DNA from: Tubulanus polymorphus
Taxonomy: Eukaryota; Animalia; Nemertea
Direction of reading: 5' to 3'
Assembly: GCF_964204645.1 (NCBI RefSeq)
Contig: NC_134032.1
Location: 6,312,275 to 6,376,274 of the forward strand
Length of the DNA: 64,000 bases
Shown here: positions 26,401-38,400 of the stretch, one piece after another
How the letters are laid out: each line of letters starts with the position of its first letter
Position numbering within the stretch: the stretch's first letter is position 1
Made by a program: the position numbers and the translations under genes
The notes under the pieces: generated by a model
The model's input: only the letters and a program-made list of their open reading frames with translations
Databases searched by the model: none
What the model was told of the DNA's origin: nothing

Positions 26401-29400
26401 GTTGTAGAGGTTGCAGCGACTTGTTGCGACGAAGATAACAAGTTTAAAATTTTCTCTTCAAACACATGGAAATCCTTCAGGTATTTTCAGGTATTTTCCA
26501 GTATCCCGACGATCATGCCGACTTCGGTGACGGTCCCTCGAACGGGATCGAGACCTACTAGAAGAATCGCCTTCATCGCTAACCGACGTCAACGAACGAT
26601 GAGAAGTCCGACGGCGAAACTTCCGACAATAACGATCGTAGTCCCTCTCGCGATCAAACCTTGATCTGCGAGGAGATCTTGCTCGTTTATTACGCTCACG
26701 GCGTCTAAATCTAGTGAAGAGCAAGCTCTATCCCCGGAGCGACCATCAGAATCAGACGATGATGAACGTACCGGATGTTTTGAACCGGACGTCTAGACCG
26801 GACCGGTGCCCGAACCGGACCGATGCCCGACCCGGACCGGACTGGTACCGACCGAACCGGTGCGGGCCGTTCGCGACTACCGCGGCGTGCGCTCGATTCC
26901 GAACATGTAGTCTGAACCGGCCGAACCGGTGAACGACCAGAGACCGGTGAATGACCGGAGACCGGTGCCGGTGAACCAGCGTTCCTCCCCAGTGAACGGA
27001 GTTGGGAAGCCGATCGTACCTGAACGACCGGCGACCGCTCCGCTTTACGATGAGAAACAGTATTAGAAACGTCCGTTGGCACGTCGGCCGAAACCGACGA
27101 ATCCCTGCTAACTCGACGACGATCTCTTAGTTTAAGAGCCTTATCGGCCCGAAGCCAAAGGTCCTCGGACCACACCTCGCAAATCTTGCAAGGATTGCTC
27201 CTTGCACATATTTGACCGGATTTGCGCCTGCACGACGCACACGAATCGTGGTTGTCCCAGGCGCCAAACAAATGCCCGCATCCCTCCCCGCCACGATGTT
27301 GACCCTTAGGCAGGAGGGGGTGGCATAATTATCCTGTTACAAATCAAAACAATTCAATTCAATCAAATTATATTTGTAAATAAAATTCTTACAGAAAAAT
27401 AGAAACCAGGGATAACCCCCAAACCGAACGGACTCACCGTTATGAGAGTGAAAACTCCCTAATATCCTAATTCCCAGATTTTTACGGCGAAAAAATCCAA
27501 CGCGTTCTACTGTGAGAACGCCGAGAAAAAAGATGGCGGATTTCGCCGGTGGCTAAATGCAATACCGCAGGGCCGGGTCGTATAGAAAAACCATTGGCGA
27601 TCAATCCAAATTTAGAAAATATTGGCAAAAACCATAGGAAAGGGTACAGCACTCGACGGAAATATACCTGTCTCAGGTATAAAACATCCCTTTCCAAAGA
27701 ATACCCATCACAAATTGCAGTGAGAAATGATAAACCAGTAGGAAGCTACAGGAATCAGAATTTGGGCCAAAATTAACATTTTTGGGCACTAAAAAGGTCA
27801 TAGGACGGCCATCTTGAGTCCGATCGATCCAATTTTTGTTATGCTGATGGGCCCTGGGGGAATTCACATATATCCGAAAGATCAAGGTAATTGATCAAAG
27901 CGTCTTCAAAATTTCCCTCAAAAAGTTCAAAAATGTGTAAAAAGTGCTGATTTTGGCGAACAACAATGGCTGCCAGTCGGCCATCTTGAATCTGACAGGG
28001 CCAGTTTTTGGGCTGAAGATGTGTCTAGGGTAGATACATGTGTAACCCAAATATCAAGACATTACCTTGAAGCGTCTTCAAAACTTCCCAAAATAACTGG
28101 ATTCCGTCTACGTACGGACGAACGGACGGACGGACGACGAAGGACGAAAAGTGAACGTAATAGCCCGCTGGGACTTAAGTCCCAAGTGGGCTAAAAACAG
28201 GTAAAAATGTAATTCTAGTCTAGAAAACTGGCACTCGAACTAAAACAACCACGCATTGTTTTGTTTCTACGTAAGTCGACTAACTGAGTAGGCATTTACT
28301 ATTTCAAACCAATACTGAAAGCCTAGTGCAAAAAGCAATATTGTCCTGAAACATGAAACAGATATCATGTTTAAGCGTTTTTATGATTCGGTTCGCATAG
28401 CCAAACAAGAACCACGGATAAAAACCTGTGAAGAGAAAAACCCAGTGAAGAGAACTGAAGTAATTATATCGCACAATCTCAAAATGGTAGTGATTTTTAT
28501 CAGTCATATGATCGGTTAGTTTAGCTGTCACTTACTGATTGCGGGATGTTGGCGTTTGTTGTTTAGCTACTCTTGCACATTGTATTCAAACCAATAGTTT
28601 CATGTCCCACAAAACAGAACCGACTGTTTTCTTGTAACAAAGCAATGCAGTCATGAAACATATCAGAAAAACACTTCTATTTTATGTTTTTGTCTTGATG
28701 TGGCAGTTTAAGTAAAGCGTGTTTCATGTTTCATAGCACACGGTATTGAAACAAGCCAAAAGAGCATTTCTGTTTCATTTTTTTTGTGTTCATGTCTAGC
28801 TTCATTCGCGCAAGGCTTATAATGATGATAAGCGTGAATACATTATTTTCATGGAACAATGAGACTTTTCAACACTAATAGGAATTCAGATTTAGATATT
28901 GACTTTTTCGTGAAACAAAACAAACCGGAAAAGTAAAATTAAAAGGCACAACAAATGACAACAGAAAACACACATCAAAAAAAGATGAGGCAAAATAGAC
29001 CTCCGCAGAAAATATGGCTGTCTCTGTATCTTCCAGTGACATCATTGCCTGCATAGGCTTCAATTAGTGTCTACTGCAGCGGCTAGTGTCTAAATCAAAT
29101 GATGTCTTAAGAGGAATCAACAGCCGCGATCACACGGAGGCGATTTGGCCCGGGTTTGCCCTGGATCTGACCAAAGTTATATCAAATTTGGCCTGTGCCT
29201 AATTACAGGGGTGGATTAAGGGGTGGTCTCAGGTGCCTTGCCTTCTTAAAGAAGTTTCCATGAAAATTAACACTTATCTATAAAATTGCATATTTTCGTA
29301 TGTATATCTTTTAGATACTGTTAAAATCAATCCCGGCATATTTTGCCCTGGCCAAAATGCTTGTGTGATTGCGGCCTAACACGCTTGCTGCCAGCTACAA

Positions 29401-32400
29401 ATGTATACTTCCGGTTGTATCACTAGTGCCACAACAAATATATTTGCAGCTGATTCTTCACTGATACATATTTGCACACTCGCACACGGGAATGATACAG
29501 TTCCTGATTGGCTGGCAAAGTGAACAACATCAGCTTTGTTCTCAATGCTCATTGGTCAATTTCGAGCAAAGACTGACGTCGAACAGCTCCAGTGCCAACT
29601 TACGAGTATATTTTTGCGGCAATTGGCGGTGGCTCCATATTATCAAGCTGGCAGCGAATGTGTTAGAACTATGTACAGAGACTAAACATTGGTTCTCGAC
29701 TGGGTCTACAGCAAAGCGTTGATGATCAGCGTACTTTGATTTGATAAATATAGCGCTACAGCTTGCTGTTAGTTTATTCAAGAGAAGAAAGAGATTTTGG
29801 CGTGAGTTTGGACGCTACCTCCTCCCGTAGGTGACTTTATATCCGATTCCTCGTTTTCGATACCATTTATGACCTAGATAAGAACGTAAATATATTCATC
29901 AACAATTAAGATAATGTCAAACAGAATGGATTCAGCGAAAAGAACTTAAGCTTTTCCGTTCTGACCAAATTATACCAACCGTAAAGTGTTGGAGATATTT
30001 TTAAAATTCTATAAAAATTTTACCAGGGTTTCCGTGATGGTAAAGGAAAAATGTTTGTTAGTCATCATCGGGGAAAACATTATACAAGCCTGTATCTACG
30101 TATTGCCAAGACGAACACCGTAGAAGTGAAGCCCAAAGTTTTGAGGATTTATAAAGTCACTGGATTCACTGTCTATTAGCTCTAAATCAACGTCTCCTAA
30201 CTCATCAATAGCAAAGATTTATAATAAAACTTGATCTGTGTTCATGATTTTATCTTATTTATTTCGAAAAAATGACGAATTTTGACTCAAAATTGCTCAA
30301 AAACAATGAATTGCAACTATCAAAGTTTTTTCGGCGCATAATCGACAGAAACGCCATCTACCGACTAGTGAAGTGCTATGATGAAAACATTTAGCTGAAA
30401 CGATGATAATCTACAAATTTCGCAGCGCACGCAAGGGCTCGACCAACGGTCGAGCCTGAACGTAAAGCCAATGTTTTTCCGTCTTGACCTACGGTCGAGC
30501 ATGAACTTAAAAGGGTTAATGTCAGAGGAATAAGGAAATATTGATTATTGAAATTTCTTTTATCAAATTTTTGTATCGCACATTATTGATGTCATACCAC
30601 ACATTATAAAGAAATGTACGTAAGTGATCTCACTCCTGGGAATAGATTGATATCACTTTATTCAATGCCGTTATGTTGAAGATACTGCCTATTAATTGAG
30701 AACACTGGAGCATTTAATTCTTCCAATACTTCCAGATTTTAGATCGCATTTACAACAAAATATACAAGCTCGGCCAAGCCGGAAAGAAAAATAAACGATT
30801 TAAAACACCTACCATCGCGGCCTCTAGTGCGCACTGTACATTCACGGGCCCCTTTACACCGCTGCAGTTTATGTAACATTTCTGCCATCTGATGGATGAT
30901 TCCGTAATCAAGATCTAGTATGGCATTTCGCAACTGAAAAATTAATGGCTAATTAATCACGTGTAGATTAAACAAGAAAAATTAATTAATTCAGGCTTTT
31001 CAGGGCACAAAGAATCTCTGTAATTAAACGTGCACCAAATCTGATGCAGCCCTGTAAATCATATCTAATTTTCTCTCAGCACCGCCAGATAATTTTCTAG
31101 TTGAATTGGAAAAAAAAAATGTAATCATAGGTGGCGATGATAAAAAAATGAATATAGCTAGAATATACGAAGCAGCAATAACAGATTTTCTGCAATAATT
31201 ACTCCATTACTTGGAAGCAATAAATCGTTATTGAATTGATTAGTCCAAATCGTAGCCTGGTCCTATTGTGGAATGACATTGGTGCTGTCATAACTGCAAG
31301 ACAGTGCTTTTATAAAGTTGATGCGTCGAAATACAGAATTACAGAGTATTTTTTAGCTGATCTTGCGGATAAGCTTTTTGATATTAGGGTTCTCTGTCAA
31401 ATGGTTGGAAAACAAGAATAATGGTCGAAATACCATTGCCCAACGGGAGACTAAGAACATAGCATTGTCTGTTCTAGTGCAGACTAATTAGAAACCGAAA
31501 GTGCTGGAGATAATTTGAACATTCAATGAGTTTCCACCCCGTTGAATAAAGGACATACCGACTTAGTGCATCTGCACCGCTGCACGGTGTATCATAAGTT
31601 ATAAAAATTTCACTACCCGGTTTGTTTGACAGGTGCGACCATCTTTCAATAGAGATCAATACTAGTTACTTATACAGACGGACGCAGGGCGCCAAAGTCG
31701 CCCGGAGGACGTCCTTTGGTAAACACGTATATGTGGTTACTATGAAGTGTCTTTTTAACCGAATCTGACTTACTGACAAAGTCAGAAAACAAGGTGCCCA
31801 TGGGCACTTTTAGATTCAGCGCAGAAGTTAGTGAATTGAAGGAGTTACTCATATTCACCATACTAGACCATACATTGAGTAAATACTGCAAACTACGCCG
31901 CGCATCGACATGCAATTTTCAGCACAGTAAATGAAAAATCATAGTCAATTTTATTTCTTCTTTTGTAGTTTTCTCATTGAAGAATTTTATATGTTGTATC
32001 ATTGATGTATAAAAAGCCTACTTGTAAATTCGACAATGTTGTACAATTCCGCTCGTGTTGTTTACGTAAGTAGATCATGATGACGTCACACTACATCGCT
32101 AAAAATCCCCAAAAACGGCATAAAATTGTCAATATACCCAATTTAGGCTTCATCAATATCCTTCAAAAGCAGTTGCCACTTAGCTGCCATTATAACAGCC
32201 AACTCAATGCAGACCTTAGCCCGTGAATCATTTCACACTCGGAGGAGATAGCGGTCAACACGAATTCAATACTCCGTTTTATACTAATAGATTCAGCTGC
32301 GCTGAATCTAAAGATGACGTCACTTGATGTCCGGTGTGAAGTTCAAGGGGAAATCGGAAGTAGAATTACGTCACGCTAAAATCCGGCTGCCCATATACTA

Positions 32401-35400
32401 AATTACGGCAACTTCTGGATCGGGTGATTTCAGAAATTATTCATTTTGTGAAATTTCGACCAAGATTGGGTTGTTGAATAGTTTAACAATGAACCCCATT
32501 GATCGAACGAGTTGAAAATAGCTGAAATTCCCTCAGCAACGGGGCGTATTCATAATAACAAACGCGCCAGGCCCGGCCGGTTCAGCATCACGCAGGTTCG
32601 AATCCCGAAGAATAACGCCTTTGCGCGCGCAGTCAATCCCAGCCGCAGCACTGAAATACGTTTATTTTATAACATTTAATGAAACTGCGGTGAAAGACGC
32701 GTTAAAGTCGACGGATTTGCTTAAAATTTCATGGCATCGTGTCGGATCGGCACAGTCTCGAGTGCGAGCACTGAACAGCAACATCGCATTCAGTAAAACC
32801 TTAGTCTTCGCCCCTTCTTTTGCCAAATAAGGATTTCGGTACCGCTGGCCACATGTGCACTGCTTATTTTGAACCATAGATTCTCGTACTCAATATTCCG
32901 GAGGATAAGAAACAAATGAATATTTATTGCAAGAGAAATCAATTTTTGTACAGACATTTGTATTTCATTTCCTTCCGGCAGAAAATAATTTTCCGATTGA
33001 TACGTTTCAACGCGTATTCCATTTTTTTCTCTTAGAGAAGGTATAATTAAGAAATGCGTTGTAATTATTGCTCTCCACCCAGCCCTTAACCCTGGCATTA
33101 GTTTTCAATTTTCCAAGTTTTAACTTAGAACAGATTAAATTAAATGCTTTGGGCCCTCCACAGTACAATTGCAATATTGGAGTTGATTTTCTTTCCAGTT
33201 TCATTGACAACATTTAATGCGTTCGTTACTAAGTTGAGTGTTTTCGTTACACTCTCCGTACATGAATGAAATGAGGTGGTTTTTGAATCGCTGATTTCTT
33301 TGACCATATTACATATTACTAGTACACTGCGACGCGAAAAGTTCATCACGCATTTATGCACCACACTGCGGTGTAGACGCACTGAAAGGATTAAATCATA
33401 TGACACTTGTCCCTAGTACGTACCTGGAACGGGTCATTGTTCAGATCATAAAAACTGAGGAATCCAGAAATGTATTCGCAGTAGAGGAAATTATGCGTTT
33501 CATTGATCGTACGTAGACACCAGTACGTGTTGTTGTTCGAATTCGGACAGAAACAAAATGGACCCACTGAAATTCAAATAACAAACATTTTGACAATTGT
33601 TATGAAGTAACATTGAATATAGCTACAAAGCAGCGATCTAAGGTATTTGAAGAACCAGGACTGAACAGCTAAATGGAAGCTTAGAATTATCTTCTTTTGA
33701 ATGAATGTTTCATTTCATTCAAGGGCTAATCTATCGATCAATCAAGAAAGAATTTCAATTTAAAAAAATTTCGGAGCAATTAAAAAAATATCACGTTCAT
33801 CCCCGTAAAGCACCTCCTAGGACACAAATCAGAAAACGACTCTAAATTTTTGAAGGCCCAGATCGAGAAGCTAGATCAACAATTAGTGATAGAAAATTGT
33901 CGACAAATAACAGAGTTACTTGAGATTTTACTGGGGGTGAATTCAAATTCAACTGATGTATTTTTGGGACACTAGTACAATATGCATACGCACATAAATC
34001 ATTAATTAACAATAAGCTTCTACTAAGCTTCATACATGTATAAAAATTCCCAGGAAAATATCCCCAAGTCACTCTTACATTTATCTGGTACATCACTAGA
34101 TAAGTCTTCAAGAAAGAGAAGAAATATTACTGAAGATTGATTCAGGATGAGCAACTGAGGTCAAAGAATGCCTTATACATGTGCATAGCTGCATTGTTAC
34201 GATGTCACAGAAGAAAGTCAGTTGGATTACTGAAGTATAAAGGGACTGACAAGACAGGGTGCTTGACATGGCATAAGCGATGTAGAACCAGCATTATACA
34301 TCGGTCATCGAAATGGTACCACCCTAGAGACAGGATCCCCGTGACAATGCAACCTTGCACTGGTTCGACTCATATAAGCATACTTATAGCCTAACCGCTA
34401 TAGGCGTGCTCAATAACTTTATTTTCCCTCAAATGACAACACAATTTTACCAACAAAAGTATATAGAAAAATAGAATACAAAGATACTGTCATAGTGGAA
34501 TATTTTGGGAATCAACTGAATAATAAAGATGCACTTACAAGTCCAATGCGGAGCCGTTTTCCAATGACTATTGTCCATACGTTGACACTGTAGACCGGGA
34601 CGGTAACACATCGGATCTTTACGAGGTGTAGCTATATGAAACAAGTGCAACCAATTGATACAATCAGGAAAAAGAAATTTTTAAGATGTTCAAATTTCCA
34701 AATGTTAATGAAAATGTCTGGGGCCAAAACTTCCGTGATGCACAAACTTCTATCATAAACTCCACAGGGTTCTTACAGATCAGGAAATCCTAAATTCCCT
34801 GAGTCTTGACCAAAAAAATCCCCGATCAAATTATGCATTAAGATAACCGCAGTAGGGGTTGTTATCCGCTGTTTCTTATCAAGAGGTACTTCGTGCCACT
34901 CACTAAGAACCCTGAATGCAAACTTACGTTGTCCGGTATGCGGATTTCTTTTGTGGCACTTCTCGATCAGAGGGTTGCATGTTTTTCCTTTGTGTCGACG
35001 CCTCTGTCGTTTTTTCTCGTTTTTCCACTGGCGCCGCTGTTTCCGGCGCTGGTGCCGTTCTTCGAGTCGGGCCAGACGCTGTTTTGTTCTAAAAAAATAA
35101 ATCATATAATAAAGTTGCATTATGACAGTATCTAGAATGGTACAAATTGAATAGTCCGTTCCAATTGAGAACGGACCAGGCCTTCACACTAGCGGAAAGT
35201 CTGTTCACAGTGACCAAAAAGAAATTTGATGTATGAATAGAAGAAACTTTGCTTTAAATGCATGTCAATGAGTGTTGCTTGCAGCTAGCTGGACCAGTGA
35301 TTACTGCTGATTTAACAAAAACTAAATTTCTTAAAATGGGCTTGCTGACAATCTTGAAATTTGCGACTTTAATAGATTTTTTTATTGGTCCAATATCTTA

Positions 35401-38400
35401 ATAGTCACAATCTATAATTCCTGGAAGTTTCATGTTTGTAGCCAAAATAGTCAAGGCTCTAGTAGGACAGAAAACACAAGGTTCAGAGGAATTCATGAAA
35501 CTAGAGGCCCAAGGGACACTACGGCCAGCCTCTCGGCTTTTAATAGATTATGGCAAATGATGCAATCTATGGGTTAGATTTGTCAAAATACACTCCTGCT
35601 CTACGGAAACGTCCTGTGAGGTCAAGGGTAACAGCTTTAGCTTAGTGGGTTCATTTGTCACTTAGTAAGCGTAAATCTATTCAAATGTTAAAAATGCGAT
35701 TTACACACGGGCAGTTTGGTGGGGGCGTTTACCATGGAGTTTCCTTCATCTCCAAAGAACAGGTGGGGGCGTAAACAGTAGGGGGGGGGGGGCGCTTGCC
35801 CGGGAGAAGACGGTACATTATGAAATGATCATATCGGTACTTTATATATTTGTTTCTACCTATAGTTCTGTTATCTTGGGCCTCCGTGGGAAGAAGAAAT
35901 GTTCAGTACGTGATTAAGGACCCCAGTATCCTCGGGCACAGGTCAAGTCGGTCCCGAGATCCCATATGGTCTCAATGGGCACAGGTGATCACACCACATA
36001 ATAGGCCATTTAAAAATGCACCTTCTCAATTCACGTACAATGAACTAATAAGTCAGAAGTTCTATGTTTAAAAATCACCCATGGTTTCCACGGGCTATCC
36101 ACTGGAATTTATGAATATATATGTCAATGTATGCAGCAGACTGCCATTTATACCAGAGTTGATTGCCTCAGATAATCGTGTGCCCTGGACTCTGTTTACG
36201 TGAAGACGATTGCCTCAGATAATTACGTGCCCCGTCTGGCGATATATGACACATTTTTTTACTCCTATTCATCGTGATGATAACCCATCTCCGCACCGTC
36301 TGCCCCGGAATTCGTGTACCTCGGATTGAGAATCCATTAGACATCAAGTGGAAGCATTAGAAGCATAAGAGGCAAGTAGAGTGTATTGCATATATGCTAT
36401 ATACGTGAATTCAAAGTTTACAATGGTTAGCGTCGCGTAGATTATTCAGCTCAATCATGAGAAAAGAAAAATTCAAAAGTGCATGCCATAAAATTACAAT
36501 ATTGATATATCAATGACTAAGGTCAAATTGGGTGCAGCTTTCATATTGGAATCCATGACATGCCGTTTTGAATTTGAGAATACTCACAAAATTTGTGACC
36601 TAAACTATTGTGAACTAAGCCGGGGCTGAGTTTCATCTGTTTTGAGGTACCGGCACCACTACTGTGGCAAGCAAGGATCCACCAGGTGTCGCTAGTGGCT
36701 ATTCGATTGCTCGCTTCAATTTCTTCTACATTTCAATTAGATGTGAATCAACTGTTCTGATTAGTAAATCAATTCACAGTGAAATCATTACCAAACACTG
36801 GGCAAGAAAGTCAATCTTACATCTTTTCGATGACTTCAATAATATTCATATTCAGGAGCCTAAAAATCCAATTGTTTCGACAGTGACATGAATTTGAAGT
36901 TCCCAAGTATTTCACGGGGCGATTTTTCAATTTTTCTAAATGGAAATAAACATATACTAATGTACCATCATACTACAGGCGGCAACATTTTAGCGCTGAC
37001 TGGTTGATAAAGGCGATTTCAAATTTGATGAAACATTGATGAAGAAAGTTTCCTTCAGGCAAGCAACTGACATCTCAGAAGCTCCATAGTGTAAAATGAA
37101 TTTCTCAAATATTTCCCATATTACAGCAAAATCTCCCGAATGTCCAAATATTTCCAAACAGGGAAATATGATTTTGGAAATTACCAAATTTTTTTGCGAT
37201 TTCTTAGCAGGAACTTGGTTTAAAATTCATAAAAAATGAACATATTTTTGCTACATATAACCAAGTGCATTGTCACGCCATCTAGTGTGTACATCCAGTA
37301 CCTCATTGAAAAGTTAACCCATTAGCACTCAGGAATTTCACTGTGCAGTCTATTACTCCTCAGAAAATTCAAGGTAAAGTCCACATTCATCATGATACAG
37401 AATAGCTAATTTCCAGTTGATATTGATTAACAAGTTTGTGTTATTTCGTTGCAATAAGTCAAGGCTTCAGGGATGAAAACAGAGGCGTTTAAAAAACGCG
37501 GAAAAATTTGAAACAAAGTATTAGAGGCTAACTAACAGCCGTGAGCACCGAAGGTGCAAGCCACTAGAAGGGGGTTTGGGGAACCTCCCCCAGGAAAATT
37601 TTGAAATTTCAAGGAGTTTTTGGCGCATCTGAGGCCCATTTTCCAATGACAAAATAAGACTGCTGCCACGCGTTTGATCTTTCGTTGTTTATGTCTTGAG
37701 TACATGAAACGGATGGCTCCGACGATATCCAAATCACTAGAACATGTTCATATCTAAATGAACTTGTCAATAAATAAGAGTCGCAAGAGGAGCCCCTATC
37801 TACAACTTTCCAATCTATATCTCAAGTCAAGCGTATTGCACCTGAATTAAAACAATGACTACTTTTATTGAGCACGTAGGCTATGCTTTGTTGGATGAAT
37901 TGAAGCGCGCAACCGCAGATTCTAAATATAGATTTCCCGCGCAGCGCTATTGCATGTATATTATTGATCTGCACAGTGGTTCTAGACAACAGCAGTGTTT
38001 CGCGACGATGTTGTAAAAAAAGATTTCAGAGATCGTAGCACCGGTTTTATGAGACGCTTTTACGGTCTGTTCTTTAAGTACGCTACGATCTAACATCAAC
38101 TTTTCCCAAAGACCCTACCCCCCCTATCATTTTCTCAACGGATCTACATCGATCTCAAGAATGATAAAAATGGACCTCCAACCGTCGAAATCCGCGGAAG
38201 ATTTTCATCCCTGAGTCTTTCATGCGATACAAGATTTGATTAGGTGGACCACCAAAATCATGACCTTTTGCTGCTGGGACTAAAGTCCTATGCGGCCTTA
38301 AAAGAGTTAGGTGGAATTGGGCGGCTTGAGTGCTAATGGGTTAAGGCAAAGCGATGAAAAGCAGTTGGATTTTGCTGCTGCTGCTACGTATGAAGTGATC

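Larger units (their letters stand above)
21718..27665 (-). mobile_element. Full-length DIRS1-type tyrosine-recombinase retrotransposon (ORFs disrupted)
   Basis: 120-bp ITRs, ICR, gag-like ORF, RT ([33 protein letters not shown]), RNaseH ([20 protein letters not shown]), Dam-like MT and YR. Ends are defined to the base by the empty-site copy at 40137-40158. Confidence 0.96.
21131..28197 (-). mobile_element. Pearl/DINE-1-like non-autonomous Helentron (HINE family 1), copy 1, split by the DIRS insertion (21131-21719 + 27666-28197)
   Basis: Collinear with intact copies at 39449-40664 and 46280-47497; 12-bp subterminal IR GCCCACTTGGGA/TCCCAAGTGGGC; three 154-bp units; (GGAC)n microsatellite; terminal hairpin. 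Confidence 0.88.

Noticed and set aside
22626-26932. Many plus-strand ORFs across the DIRS body
   Set aside because: Antisense shadows of GC-rich minus-strand coding sequence, with no motifs.
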